A DNA stretch of 64,000 nucleotides from Candidatus Hydrogenedentota bacterium. GTDB lineage: Bacteria > Hydrogenedentota > Hydrogenedentia > Hydrogenedentales > JAEUWI01. Shown one piece after another: positions 49,243 to 59,358 of this stretch (its first letter is position 1; every line of letters starts with the position of its first letter). The DNA is taken from NCBI GenBank assembly GCA_034669905.1, contig JAXMOL010000006.1, positions 96,001 through 160,000 on the forward strand, given 5' to 3'. The notes under the pieces are model-generated. The model ran no database searches, was not told the origin of the DNA, and was given only the letters and a program-made list of their open reading frames with translations. Position numbers and translations under genes: made by a program.

Positions 49243-49488
49243 GTGCGCTCAAGAGCCTACCGAAGCGTAGTCTTTTCCCTACCGGAAGGTGGGGTTTGGT
49301 GAGGTGTCACGCCAGCTGCCGAACGAAACCCAAGCCTGCGTGGCGGACCCGCCGGGACATGCTGCCGCGCTGTGGTGCGACATCCTGTCATTCGTCGGCG
49401 GGTCAGGCCACGTGGCGCACGTCTGGCACCGGTCATGCCCTAGCGGCAGAACGTCCCTGTGGTGCCTGGTGCGAAGGCTGTTCCCTGG

Positions 49489-50622
49489 CTACTCCGCCAC
49501 CAGCTTTGTAGCAGTCGCTTCGGCGGGCTTCAGGTGGGAATCCATCCAGCCGTAGATAAGTTCCCGGGATTCGTGGTGCACGCTGTGTTTGCGGCCGTGG
49601 ATGAAGAAGGCGTAGTTTTCCGGAACGCCGATGAGTTCGTAGAGGTCGGCGGTGGCGAGCATCATGAGGACCCGTTGACGCTGGGTGGCGGGGTTTCCGT
49701 CGTTGAGGGCGTCGACCTGGAGCATGGCGCGGGGTGCGGCCAGGGCCACCATGTGGTGAAAATCGATGGGGGGCAATTCGTTATTCAACAGGCCGGGCCG
49801 AAGGTGCTTGAAGTAGACATACCATTGGTTCCGCGCCCACGCCGTCACCTTGGGGTTGTGTCGGAAAGACGGCGCCGCACAATTGGAGGCCGCCGCCTTG
49901 ATACGCTCATCGTAGGCCGCGAGGAAAATCGTGCCGTGTCCGCCAAGGGAATGGCCCATTGCGCCGATGTTTTCCGTGTCGACTTCCTCCAACGTTTCCA
50001 ATACGTCAATGGCGATGCTGTGCTCGTAAGTGAATTTGCCGACCGCCGTCCACTCGGGGTGCTTCTCGTAAAAGGCCGTCGTGTCGTAAGGCCCCTTCGC
50101 GGGGATGCGGTGTCCCGATACGAAGTGCTCCGGCGCGATGGCCACATACCCCCGGCGGCAGAGGTGGTCCAGATAGGCCTTGTCGGAGTCGTCTTCCAGG
50201 CCTGCAGCCCGACGTGCCCCCTGTTTATAGGTGCCCGGGAGGGCGACCACGGCAGGGAGTTTGCCGTCCCGCTTCAGGGGGATGCCGATATAGGCATGGG
50301 CCCGTTCGTCGGCTTCCACGGCATAGCTCACCAGCTTGCGGGTGTAGATACCTTCGACCTCCACCGTCTCGTGCACCTGTAGATCCAGGGGTGGGCGCTC
50401 GGGCTTGTGTTGATCGCGGAGGAGTTCGAGAAAGGCGGCCTTAATCTCGGGGCGTCGCGCCTCCCAGTCTTCCTTGGAGGTCAGGCCGTCGGTGAGATCG
50501 GTCCAGGAGCTTTCGACCGGCGGAGCTTCCATGAGGGGGTTGGGTGCGGGGTCCTGGGCCTGTGCGGCGGGGAAGAGGGCGCAGGTGGCAAGGGCAGTTA
50601 ATAAGACGAGAGTAGATTTCAC
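49489..50622 (-). CDS. Secreted alpha/beta hydrolase (dienelactone hydrolase/esterase-like)
   Basis: GTG start after AAGGA; signal peptide; GHSLGG, ALAAPRA. Confidence 0.83.
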   Translation of the reverse strand: MKSTLVLLTALATCALFPAAQAQDPAPNPLMEAPPVESSWTDLTDGLTSKEDWEARRPEIKAAFLELLRDQHKPERPPLDLQVHETVEVEGIYTRKLVSYAVEADERAHAYIGIPLKRDGKLPAVVALPGTYKQGARRAAGLEDDSDKAYLDHLCRRGYVAIAPEHFVSGHRIPAKGPYDTTAFYEKHPEWTAVGKFTYEHSIAIDVLETLEEVDTENIGAMGHSLGGHGTIFLAAYDERIKAAASNCAAPSFRHNPKVTAWARNQWYVYFKHLRPGLLNNELPPIDFHHMVALAAPRAMLQVDALNDGNPATQRQRVLMMLATADLYELIGVPENYAFFIHGRKHSVHHESRELIYGWMDSHLKPAEATATKLVAE

Positions 50623-50642
50623 GAAGCTAAATCCTTGGGGCT

Positions 50643-50710
50643 GTGGACAGGGTGGACGATGTGGACTTGGTGGACAGGGTACACAACGGTTGTCCATAGG
50701 GTCCACCCTG
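50643..50710. repeat. 9-mer (GTGGAC-NNN) tandem with inverted arm
   Basis: GTGGACAGG GTGGACGAT GTGGACTTG GTGGACAGG ... GTCCATAGGGTCCACCCTG. Confidence 0.8.
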
Positions 50711-50769
50711 GACGCTTGGACACCATGTTTGGGTGCTGCGCTGCTTGGATCTGTTTCAGCCGGATGAGT

Positions 50770-50994
50770 CTATAACAAGGCGAGAAATGCTTCTTCGGTT
50801 AGACCTGCCTGCCGAATGATTGCTTTCAGTGTGCCTCGGGGCAGATCTCTTGCATGCATGGGGACCGTCGTCACAAAGGGGCGGTCGGGATGGGACAGGA
50901 AGACATGGCTCCCACGTTGGCGACGCTCTTCGAAGCCAGCGCGTTTCAATGCGGCGATGACTTCGCGGGGGGTGAGGGTGGGGAAGCGGGTCAT
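50770..50994 (-). CDS. hicA: HicA toxin
   Basis: LKRAGF...RQRGSHV...VPMH...LPRGTLKAIIRQAG. Confidence 0.93.
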   Translation of the reverse strand: MTRFPTLTPREVIAALKRAGFEERRQRGSHVFLSHPDRPFVTTVPMHARDLPRGTLKAIIRQAGLTEEAFLALL

Positions 50995-51242
50995 ACTGCC
51001 GCAGGCGGAGTCACCTGAACAAGCGTGTCCATCGGTGTAGATAGGGACTCCTCGGGGATTGCTTTTCCATCGTCGACCAGTACTTCGAGATAACCCTCTA
51101 TGGCCTCCTGGGCCATAGCCAGTGCATGGTCATAGTTTTCACCCCAGGTAACGCAGCCCGGCAAGGCAGGAACGGTTACCGTAAAGCCACCTTCGGGTTC
51201 GGGTTCCAAGTGAATTCTATAGGTGTGTGTTTTCACGGTCAT
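50991..51242 (-). CDS. hicB: Short HicB antitoxin upstream of hicA
   Basis: EGGFTVTVPALPGCVTWG...AQEAI...IP; ATGA overlap; TGCTATACT extended -10 upstream. Confidence 0.92.
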   Translation of the reverse strand: MTVKTHTYRIHLEPEPEGGFTVTVPALPGCVTWGENYDHALAMAQEAIEGYLEVLVDDGKAIPEESLSTPMDTLVQVTPPAAV

Positions 51243-51575
51243 TACCCTCAAGTTCGTCAAAGGCAGTATAGCAGAGGCCCCCGAATCCGTAAAGAGAGAG
51301 GGTAATCGCCGTGGAATCGACCCTATCCGCCCGCCCCCACGATCTCCATACTTAACTTTTGCATACCTTTGCAGCGATAGCCCCGCCTTCCGCATCTTGC
51401 GCGCTTTGGCCTCTGCGCCGTATAATACCCCTTCTTGTGACACCCTCGGTGTTACCTGTCCCCCCGTGCACATCGGCCCAGGCTGGCCGGTCGAAGCGCT
51501 ACTGTCCAGAGGGAATTGGGCTGAATGGTACGCGCGCTGCACGCAACGTCTTTAGTGAACTGGAAGGTACTTATC

Positions 51576-53843
51576 ATGGCTTTCGATATCGATATGATCG
51601 AGAAGGTATACGCCCGCGCCGCGGAACGTATTGAGGCGGCACGCAAGATCGTAGGGCGCCCCCTTACGCTGGCGGAAAAGACCCTATACGCCCACCTCTG
51701 GGATGGCACGCCGACGAAAGCCTTCACGCGCGGTGCCGATTATGTCGACTTTGCCCCCGACCGGGTGGCCATGCAGGATGCGACGGCCCAGATGGCCCTG
51801 CTCCAGTTCATGCAGGCCGGCAAGGCCAAGGTGGCCGTACCTTCCACGGCCCACTGCGATCACCTGATTCAGGCCAAGTCCGGCGCGGTAGCCGATTTGG
51901 CCGAGTCCATCACCAACAACAAAGAGGTCTTCGATTTTCTGGCCTCCGTTTCCAATAAATACGGCATCGGCTTCTGGAAGCCCGGCGCGGGCATCATCCA
52001 CCAGGTGGTCCTTGAAAACTACGCCTTCCCCGGCGGCATGATGATTGGCACCGACTCCCACACCGTGAACGCGGGTGGACTCGGCATGGTCGCCATCGGT
52101 GTGGGTGGCGCGGACGCCGTAGACGTCATGGCCGGTATGCCCTGGGAATTGAAATTCCCCAAACTCATCGGTGTGAAGCTCACCGGCAAGATGAGTGGCT
52201 GGACCACCCCGAAAGACGTCATCCTGAAGGTGGCCGGTATCCTGACCGTTAAGGGCGGCACGGGCGCCATCGTCGAATACTTCGGCGAAGGTTCCGAGAG
52301 CATGTCCTGCACGGGTAAAGGCACCATCTGCAACATGGGTGCAGAAATTGGCGCGACCACGTCGACCTTCGCTTTCGACGACTCCATGGTGCGCTACCTC
52401 GAAGCCACCGACCGTGCGGATGTGGCCGCCCTCGCCAAGGCCCAGGCCGAACACCTTCGTCCCGACCCGGAAGTCTATGAGAATCCCGAGAAGTACTACG
52501 ACCAGCTCATCGAAATCGATCTGAGCGAATTGGAGCCCCACCTCAACGGACCTTTCACGCCCGACCGCGCTACGCCGGTTTCCAAGATGAAAGAAGTCTG
52601 CGCAGAAAACGGTTGGCCGAAGGAAGTGGAAGTGGGCCTCATCGGTTCCTGCACCAACTCCAGCTATGAAGACATGACCTCCGCCGCCTCCGTGGCGCGC
52701 CAGGCCAAGGAAAAGAATCTCAAGGCCAAAGCCGAATTCACCATCACCCCCGGCTCCGAGCTGGTGCGGGCGACGGTGGAGCGCGATGGCGTCCTTGCCG
52801 ACTTTGAGACCATTGGTGGCCAGGTGCTGGCCAATGCCTGTGGTCCCTGCATCGGTCAGTGGGCCCGCTATCGCCATGGTGAAGAGCAAAAGGCCAACAC
52901 CATCGTCCACTCCTTCAACCGGAACTTCGCCAAGCGCGCCGATGGCAACCCCAAGACCCACGCCTTCGTGACCTCGCCTGCTCTGGTGACGGCCCTGGCG
53001 TTGGCTGGTGACCTGACCTTCAACCCCATCACCGACACCTTGACCAACGAAGCGGGTGAGCAGGTGAAGCTCGATCCGCCGACGGCCGTCGAGCTGCCCC
53101 CCAAGGGATTCGGCTGCGACGACCCCGGCTACCAGGCGCCGGCCGAAGATGGCAGCGGTGTGCAGGTCGTGGTGGACCCGGATTCCAAACGCCTTCAGTT
53201 GCTGGAGCCCTTCGCGCCCAACAGTGGCGACATCACGGGCATGAAGCTCCTGATTAAGGCCAAGGGCAAATGCACGACGGACCACATCTCCATGGCGGGA
53301 CCGTGGTTGCGTTTCCGGGGCCACTTGGACAACATCTCCGACAACTGCCTCATCGGTGCCATCAACGCCTTCAACGACGAAGCCAACTCGGTCAAGAGCC
53401 AGCTCACGGGTGAATACGGCGAAGTGCCGGCCGTGCAGCGTGCGTACAAGACGCAGGGCATCCAGACGATTGTGGTGGGTGACGAAAACTACGGTGAAGG
53501 CTCCAGCCGCGAACACGCTGCGATGGAACCCCGTTTCCTCGGTGTCCGTGCCGTGCTGGTGAAAAGCTTCGCCCGTATCCACGAGACCAACCTGAAGAAG
53601 CAGGGCATGCTCGCGCTGACCTTCGCCGACGCTGCGGACTACGACAAGATCCAGGAAGATGATACCATCGATATTCTGGGCCTCGATAGCTTCGCACCCA
53701 ACACCCCGCTGACCATCCGCCTGACCCACGGGGACGGTTCCACGGAAGAATTCTCCGTGAACCACACCTTCAATGAAGGCCAGATTGAGTGGTGGAAAGC
53801 CGGTAGCGCGCTGAATCTCATCAAGATGCAGAGCGCCAATTAA
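51576..53843 (+). CDS. acnA: Aconitate hydratase, mitochondrial/Bacteroidota-type
   Basis: [60 protein letters not shown]. Confidence 0.95.
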   Translation: MAFDIDMIEKVYARAAERIEAARKIVGRPLTLAEKTLYAHLWDGTPTKAFTRGADYVDFAPDRVAMQDATAQMALLQFMQAGKAKVAVPSTAHCDHLIQAKSGAVADLAESITNNKEVFDFLASVSNKYGIGFWKPGAGIIHQVVLENYAFPGGMMIGTDSHTVNAGGLGMVAIGVGGADAVDVMAGMPWELKFPKLIGVKLTGKMSGWTTPKDVILKVAGILTVKGGTGAIVEYFGEGSESMSCTGKGTICNMGAEIGATTSTFAFDDSMVRYLEATDRADVAALAKAQAEHLRPDPEVYENPEKYYDQLIEIDLSELEPHLNGPFTPDRATPVSKMKEVCAENGWPKEVEVGLIGSCTNSSYEDMTSAASVARQAKEKNLKAKAEFTITPGSELVRATVERDGVLADFETIGGQVLANACGPCIGQWARYRHGEEQKANTIVHSFNRNFAKRADGNPKTHAFVTSPALVTALALAGDLTFNPITDTLTNEAGEQVKLDPPTAVELPPKGFGCDDPGYQAPAEDGSGVQVVVDPDSKRLQLLEPFAPNSGDITGMKLLIKAKGKCTTDHISMAGPWLRFRGHLDNISDNCLIGAINAFNDEANSVKSQLTGEYGEVPAVQRAYKTQGIQTIVVGDENYGEGSSREHAAMEPRFLGVRAVLVKSFARIHETNLKKQGMLALTFADAADYDKIQEDDTIDILGLDSFAPNTPLTIRLTHGDGSTEEFSVNHTFNEGQIEWWKAGSALNLIKMQSAN

Positions 53844-53870
53844 GAATAGTGAATTGAGAATTTAGCTTTG

Positions 53871-53909
53871 AGCCCCGGTGCCTCTTGAGGTGCCGGGGCT
53901 TTTTCTTGT
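53871..53909 (+). terminator. Rho-independent terminator after aconitase
   Basis: AGCCCCGGTGCCTC-TT-GAGGTGCCGGGGCT followed by TTTT. Confidence 0.88.
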
Positions 53910-53915
53910 TTTTCA

Positions 53916-54004
53916 ATGGGTCGTATGGGGCTTATGGGTCTGATGGTAGTCGCCGGTTTTGAGAAGCGGCGCTCCATAGGTCCCATTCGTCCCATACGTC
54001 CCAT
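53916..54004. repeat. Inverted element with 9-mer (ATGGG) arms
   Basis: ATGGGTCGT ATGGGGCTT ATGGGTCTG ATG ... CATAGGTCC CATTCGTCC CATACGTCC CAT. Confidence 0.82.
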
Positions 54005-54173
54005 GGAGCAAGCCATTTCGCTTCACTCCAGCGTGAAACGCACCAGGCCAGGCCGTTTGCGCGGTAGCGCGTCACGCGTGGTAGAATCGCTAAGGCTACA
54101 CCATTCACGTGGCCATCGTCTTTCGAGACTTCGACAACGCGGGGCATTCTTCAACAAAGTGGGAAAAAGAAAC

Positions 54174-55523
54174 ATGCGTCTATTGACTCTATTGGTGTGT
54201 CTGTTCTTGATCGTAACGGGAGCCCTTGCCGCTGACCCGCCACCGCCGAACTCCCAGCCCGGCTACCAGGCCATCTGGTTTGAGCTTGGGCAGAAGAGCG
54301 AGTTCGGCGACAAGTATTCGGGCGGTTTGGGGACCTATACGGCGAAGCACCGTCCTATCGCCATTCATTCCGCTGAGGCGCAGAAGACCTTTTTTGTCTA
54401 TGGCGGCGCGAAGGACCAGAAGCGGTACCTGTTGAACATGATTGGCTATTACGACCATGCCACCAACGCACTGGGTGTGCCGGTCGTGGTGCACGACAAG
54501 CAGGGGGTGAACGATCCCCACGACAATTCTTCCCTCGCCATCGACGACGAAGGGCGCCTGTGGGTCTTCGTCAGTGGGCGTGGGCGTTCGCGGCCCGGCT
54601 TCATCTATCGCAGCGAAAAGCCCTACGACATCCACTCCCTGAAGCAGGTGTTTGAGGGCGAATTTGCCTATCCCCAGCCCCTTTGGCTTTCGGGCTCGGG
54701 ATTCCTCCATTGTTTCACCAAGTACACGCGGGGTCGTGAGTTGTATTGGAATACGAGCGCCGACGGTGTGACCTGGGCCGAAGACCAGAAACTGGCCGGC
54801 ATGGGTGGGCACTACCAGAACGTGGAACAGCAAGACGGCACGGTCTTCATGAGTTTCAACTACCACCCCAAGGGGAACGTCGATAAGCGGACGAACTTGT
54901 ACTTTCTGAAGACGGTTGATGGGGGCGCTACCTGGAACACCGTCAGCGGAGAGACTATCACGCCCCCGCTCACAGACCCCCATTGCGCCGCCCTCGTTCG
55001 CGATTACGAGAGCGAAGGCCGTCTCGTCTATCTTAAGGACGTGCAGTTTGACGCGGCGGGCAATCCCATTGTCCTTGTCGTGACCAGTGCCCTTCACCAA
55101 CCCGGACCGGGCGGTGAGCCGCGCATCTGGGAAATCGTGCACTGGGACGGGGCGCAGTGGAACTTCCACGAAGTCACACGATCCACCCACAACTACGACA
55201 TGGGACAACTCTGGGTGGAAGGCGACACGTGGCGCATCCTCGGCCCGACGGAAACCGGACCCCAACGGTGGGGCACGGGGGGCGAGGTCGCGCTCTGGGA
55301 AAGTGCGGACAGGGGTAAGTCATGGGTGAAGAAGAAACAGCTCACTGAGAATTCCGAATATAACCACAGCTACGTGCGCCGTCCCTTCAACGCCCATCCT
55401 GATTTCTATGCCTTGTGGGCCGATGGAAACCCCGACGCCTTCTCGCCCTCGAAACTCTACTACACGGACCGTGACGCGAAGTCTGTCCACGAGATGCCCT
55501 ATTGGATGCCCCTGGATAAATAG
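54174..55523 (+). CDS. Secreted BNR-4 repeat protein
   Basis: Signal peptide; KYSGGLGTY, DPHDNS, SADGVTW, TVDGGATW, HNYDMG, SADRGKSW. Confidence 0.82.
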   Translation: MRLLTLLVCLFLIVTGALAADPPPPNSQPGYQAIWFELGQKSEFGDKYSGGLGTYTAKHRPIAIHSAEAQKTFFVYGGAKDQKRYLLNMIGYYDHATNALGVPVVVHDKQGVNDPHDNSSLAIDDEGRLWVFVSGRGRSRPGFIYRSEKPYDIHSLKQVFEGEFAYPQPLWLSGSGFLHCFTKYTRGRELYWNTSADGVTWAEDQKLAGMGGHYQNVEQQDGTVFMSFNYHPKGNVDKRTNLYFLKTVDGGATWNTVSGETITPPLTDPHCAALVRDYESEGRLVYLKDVQFDAAGNPIVLVVTSALHQPGPGGEPRIWEIVHWDGAQWNFHEVTRSTHNYDMGQLWVEGDTWRILGPTETGPQRWGTGGEVALWESADRGKSWVKKKQLTENSEYNHSYVRRPFNAHPDFYALWADGNPDAFSPSKLYYTDRDAKSVHEMPYWMPLDK

Positions 55524-55534
55524 GCAGCCAAATT

Positions 55535-55815
55535 CTCTCAATCCATCCAGGCCCCCAATCGTGCCGCGCGATCTCGCCTGGACGCGCCAGCGTCCCCGCG
55601 AGTTCGTGCGTGGGGCCACCCAAGTCCTCTCAATCTATCACGGTCCCCGCAACCGTGCGGCACGGTCGGTATTTCGTGCGTGGGGATAGTCGAAGTGTCG
55701 TGGGTGGGCGGCGAATGGCCGATGCTACTTTCGCACGAACTCCGGAACGCTCGCCGGACTCGCCTTCCAGAGATCGCGCGGCACGGCCTGGGCATCGTGG
55801 GTGGGCGGCGAATGG
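55535..55815. repeat. Nested inverted/direct repeat element (MITE/REPIN-like)
   Basis: Inverted repeats 55560-55575/55770-55785 and 55600-55610/55732-55742; 21-bp direct repeat at 55698 and 55795. Confidence 0.8.
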
Positions 55816-55832
55816 AAGCGCCGAATTGCGTC

Positions 55833-56738
55833 TCAGCCCAGGGCGACCCAAACCAACCCCACAAACATCAGTCCCACGCCCACGACCTTGGGGCGGTGGG
55901 CCGGTTCGCCGAGCAGGACGATACCGACCAGGGCGCCGAGGGGGATGCTGAGTTGCCGGAAGGCCACCACGTAGGCCACATCGTCGACGTAGGCCAGGGA
56001 AATCAGGATGAGCAGGTATCCGAGAATCATCCCGCCGCTGGTGAGAAACATGGCTTTCCAATGACGCAAGAGAATAACCTTCGCCTCCCGCCGGCGGATC
56101 TTGTGGGTCAGGATCCACGGCAGGAGCCACAGAAAGGTAAAGGTGCTCTCCAGGAAGGCATAGACGATGGTGAGCGGAACGGGGTTGTCCCCCGAATCGG
56201 GCACCGCCCGAAAGAGGTGCAGCGCGTGGTCGTCGATGATCGAGTAGCCCGTGGTGCCGATGGCGGCGATGAGGGCAAAGAGGCAGGAGCGGTTTCGGTA
56301 ATGTCGCCAATGCCAATCGGAAAAGGTGGGCAGGGGCAGGAGCAGCACGCCGACCACAATAAGCAAGCCGCCCGCGTAGAGTCCGGTGTGGAGGGGGGAG
56401 CCACTCCACACGACGCGGATGAGGGCCACCAGCAGGACGGGAATCGCCCGGGCGAGGGGGTAGGCCACAGAGAGATGTCCGCTTTGGTAGGCCCCCACGA
56501 GACCCGTCATGTAGAGGGCCTGGAAGCAACTGGTCAGCAGGAGACAGCCCCAGACCTGCGGGGGGATGACCGTGAAGAGGGACACGTTCCACACGACGAT
56601 GGGGGAGAGGAGGATGTTGCCAAACACCAAGGCGACGGCGAAGAAGGGGAGGTTGGGGTGGTGTTTCTTCCCGACAAAATTCCAGGCCACGTGGGCGCAC
56701 GCGGCAGTCACAATAAGGAGGATGGCGGTGAGGGTCAT
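55833..56738 (-). CDS. EamA/DMT family transporter
   Basis: HVAWN, AYQSGHLSVAYPLAR, YVVAFRQLS, LLGE; about 10 TMs. Confidence 0.88.
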   Translation of the reverse strand: MTLTAILLIVTAACAHVAWNFVGKKHHPNLPFFAVALVFGNILLSPIVVWNVSLFTVIPPQVWGCLLLTSCFQALYMTGLVGAYQSGHLSVAYPLARAIPVLLVALIRVVWSGSPLHTGLYAGGLLIVVGVLLLPLPTFSDWHWRHYRNRSCLFALIAAIGTTGYSIIDDHALHLFRAVPDSGDNPVPLTIVYAFLESTFTFLWLLPWILTHKIRRREAKVILLRHWKAMFLTSGGMILGYLLILISLAYVDDVAYVVAFRQLSIPLGALVGIVLLGEPAHRPKVVGVGLMFVGLVWVALG

Positions 56739-56759
56739 GTATTGAAGCCTGGTAGGTTG

Positions 56760-56935
56760 ATGGGGGTGTTGGGGTTTAAGGGGCGAATGGGTCGTATGGG
56801 ACTTACGGGTCGTATGACTATACAATAAGCGAGGCTGTGCCCACGGCGCTTGGTTGCCGGGACCGATCACGCGGGTCTAACCCGGATATTGCAGGAATAT
56901 AAGGTAGTAAGCCCCATACGCCCCATAAGACCCAT
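56760..56935. repeat. Inverted element with 9-mer (ATGGG) arms filling the GT4-EamA gap
   Basis: ATGGGTCGT ATGGGACTT ACGGGTCGT ATG ... CCCATACGC CCCATAAGA CCCAT. Confidence 0.78.
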
Positions 56936-56937
56936 TG

Positions 56938-58047
56938 TTAAGTGGCATCACCCGCCATCGCCACCCGCTGATAAACCGCCATGGTCTCTTCCGCGCAGCG
57001 CTGCCAAGTGAATTGGGCGGCCCGCGCAGGCCCGGCAACGTGGAGCGACTCCCGTAGCGCGTTGTCTTGAGAAAGGCGCGTCATAGCGTCGGCGATGGCC
57101 CCTTTGTCGCTGGGATCGACCAGCAACGTCGCGTCCCCCGCGACTTCCGGGAGGCTCGTGGTGTTGGAGGTGATTACCGGTGTCCCACAGGCCATGGCCT
57201 CCAACACGGGCAGGCCGAAACCCTCATAGAGGCTCGGCCACACGAAGGCCCGCGCGGCGCTCAGCAGGGCGGGCAGGTCGGAGGCGTCGATAAAGCCGGG
57301 GCGGTGGATGCGCTCCCGGTGTTGGGTATGGGCAATTGCGTCGTCGAGTTCGTTGGTCTTCCAGCCGACGCGCCCGGCGATGACGAGATCTTCGGGGATG
57401 TCGGCCGCAACGCGGTCCCAGGCACGGACGACCCGGGCGAGGTTTTTTCGGGGTTCCAACGTGCCGACATAGAGGAAGAAGCGTTCCGGTAGGCCATACC
57501 GTTTCCGGGCGGCGTGCACGTGGTGCTCCGACGGGCGGCGGAAGGTCTCGCCCACCCCAAGGGGGATGGCGGTGATGCGGGCCTGGTCGATATCCATGAG
57601 CGTGTGGACGTCTCGGGCGGTAGCCTGTGAATCCGCGATGATATGGGCGGCCCGTTGTGCGCTGCGTGTTCCGGCCCACCGATAGTATTGGGCCCGCTCC
57701 CAGCGAAACCATTCGGGGTGGCGCAGAAAAATACAATCGTGGACCGTGAGTACCACGTTCGTCCCGCCGTCCAGGGGGCCAATGCTGGCAGGAAAATGGA
57801 CCACGTCATAGGCCGGGGCCACGCGCCCAATCTGTCGCTCCCGCATGATCCGGTGCCAGAGGCCCACAGGCTGGGGGAGTAGTTCAACGCGGTCGGCCCA
57901 GGGGCCTGGGGACAGGCCTTCGGGCCACCAGACGGTTAGTTGGGGGCCGTCCTCCAGGGCGACCAGCGCGCGAAGGAGTTCCTCCACGTAGCGGCCCGTA
58001 CCGCTCTGGTTGCCCGCCTGCATGGCGTTGAAAAGCACGCGCATCAT
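56938..58047 (-). CDS. Glycosyltransferase family 4
   Basis: GTGRY, TVHD, VGTLEPRKNL, PSLYEGFGLPVLEAMACG. Confidence 0.92.
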   Translation of the reverse strand: MMRVLFNAMQAGNQSGTGRYVEELLRALVALEDGPQLTVWWPEGLSPGPWADRVELLPQPVGLWHRIMRERQIGRVAPAYDVVHFPASIGPLDGGTNVVLTVHDCIFLRHPEWFRWERAQYYRWAGTRSAQRAAHIIADSQATARDVHTLMDIDQARITAIPLGVGETFRRPSEHHVHAARKRYGLPERFFLYVGTLEPRKNLARVVRAWDRVAADIPEDLVIAGRVGWKTNELDDAIAHTQHRERIHRPGFIDASDLPALLSAARAFVWPSLYEGFGLPVLEAMACGTPVITSNTTSLPEVAGDATLLVDPSDKGAIADAMTRLSQDNALRESLHVAGPARAAQFTWQRCAEETMAVYQRVAMAGDAT

Positions 58048-58124
58048 GAAGTTTGAAGGGGGAAGTTCGAAGGGTGAATAGTGAAGGGTGAATAGTGAAA
58101 TGAGAAGGGCGAAGGGTAAAAGGT
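58048..58124. repeat. Eleven degenerate GAANNNN 7-mers abutting the GT4 start codon
   Basis: GAAGTTT GAAGGGG GAAGTTC GAAGGGT GAATAGT GAAGGGT GAATAGT GAAATGA GAAGGGC GAAGGGT AAAAGGT. Confidence 0.85.
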
Positions 58125-58224
58125 GGCACCATGGGCCAAACGTTGCACGGCCCTGCACCTGCCAGGCCACGCGTGCCTCCTGTCCTTGATGGTTGCACCC
58201 GTGGTGTTTCGTGAAATTCTTTTT

Positions 58225-59358
58225 CTAGCGCACGGCATCGTAGCCACCGGGGACGCCCTGTTTCGACAAGACCATCTGATACACGTGGTTATAGCGGGCG
58301 CGGAAGGAGCCCGCGCAGTAGTGGTGGTAGTAGCGCCACATGCGGTAGAAACGTTCGCCGTATTGGTCTTCCAGTTCGGGCCAGGCTTTTTCGAAATTGG
58401 CCCACCAGGCCATGAGGGTCTTGTCGTAGTCTGCCCCGATGTTGTGCAGGTCCTCCAGGACCAACTTGCCCTCAATGGCGGTGCCCAACTGGCCGGGGGT
58501 GGGGGTCATGCCACCGGGAAAAATATAGGTCGTGATCCAGGGGTCGGCACGCCGTACGGGATACCGTCCCACAATCGTGTGAATCAGGGCCATGCCGTCG
58601 GGTGTGAGCCAATCGCGCACCAGGGCCATGTAGGTGTCGTAGTTCTTTCGGCCCACGTGCTCCATCATGCCGATGGAAACAACCCGATCCCACTGGCCCG
58701 TGAGTTCGCGGTAGTCCTTCAGATGGAGGTGGACCGGCAGACCGGCGCAGTGCTCCTGGGCCAATACCAATTGCTCCTGGGAGATGGTAATGCCTTCCAC
58801 TTCTACGCCGTAATTCTCGGCTGCAAAGCGGGCGAAGGAGCCCCAACCACAGCCTACGTCCAGGACCTTCATACCTGGCTGGAGACCCAGCTTGCGACAA
58901 ACCAGGTCCAATTTGTTCTCCTGGGCGGTGTCGAGGTCCTGCGCATCCTTCCAATAGGCGCAGGAATAGACCATGCGCTTATCGAGCATTTTACGGTAGA
59001 GGTCGTTGCCCAAATCATAGTGGCGCTCGGCCACTTCGCGGGAGCGGTGCACGCTCTGAAGATTCAAAAAACGGGCGCGGAGGTAGGGCACCATCATGCG
59101 CCACCAGTCTACCCGGTCGGTAAAATTGGCCCGGAGAATACGGTCGAAGAAGCCCACCAGGTCCTCGCAGTCCCAGTCGCCATCCATATAGGCCTCGCCG
59201 AGTCCGAGGCGCCCTTCGCTCATAAAGCGTTGGTATACCTGCGGTTGGTGGATCTGGATGTCCCAGGGGCGGTCCCCGTTTTCCCGGACGTCAATGACCT
59301 CGAGCAAGGCGCGCACGGTGTCTCGGGGGGAGGCCAGGGGTTTCATCGTTTTCTGCAT
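58225..59358 (-). CDS. cfa: Cyclopropane-fatty-acyl-phospholipid synthase
   Basis: GLGEAYMDGDW, HYDLGN, YSCAYW, LDVGCGWG, YIFPGG, FYRMW. Start uncertain. Confidence 0.94.
   Translation of the reverse strand: MQKTMKPLASPRDTVRALLEVIDVRENGDRPWDIQIHQPQVYQRFMSEGRLGLGEAYMDGDWDCEDLVGFFDRILRANFTDRVDWWRMMVPYLRARFLNLQSVHRSREVAERHYDLGNDLYRKMLDKRMVYSCAYWKDAQDLDTAQENKLDLVCRKLGLQPGMKVLDVGCGWGSFARFAAENYGVEVEGITISQEQLVLAQEHCAGLPVHLHLKDYRELTGQWDRVVSIGMMEHVGRKNYDTYMALVRDWLTPDGMALIHTIVGRYPVRRADPWITTYIFPGGMTPTPGQLGTAIEGKLVLEDLHNIGADYDKTLMAWWANFEKAWPELEDQYGERFYRMWRYYHHYCAGSFRARYNHVYQMVLSKQGVPGGYDAVR

Noticed and set aside
53916..54173. N-terminal extensions of ORFs 53916, 50706, 56870 and 58170 (MGRMGLMG..., PCPPSPHRPP...)
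   Set aside because: These are translations of the 9-mer and 7-mer repeats; better downstream starts give clean signal peptides or domain starts.
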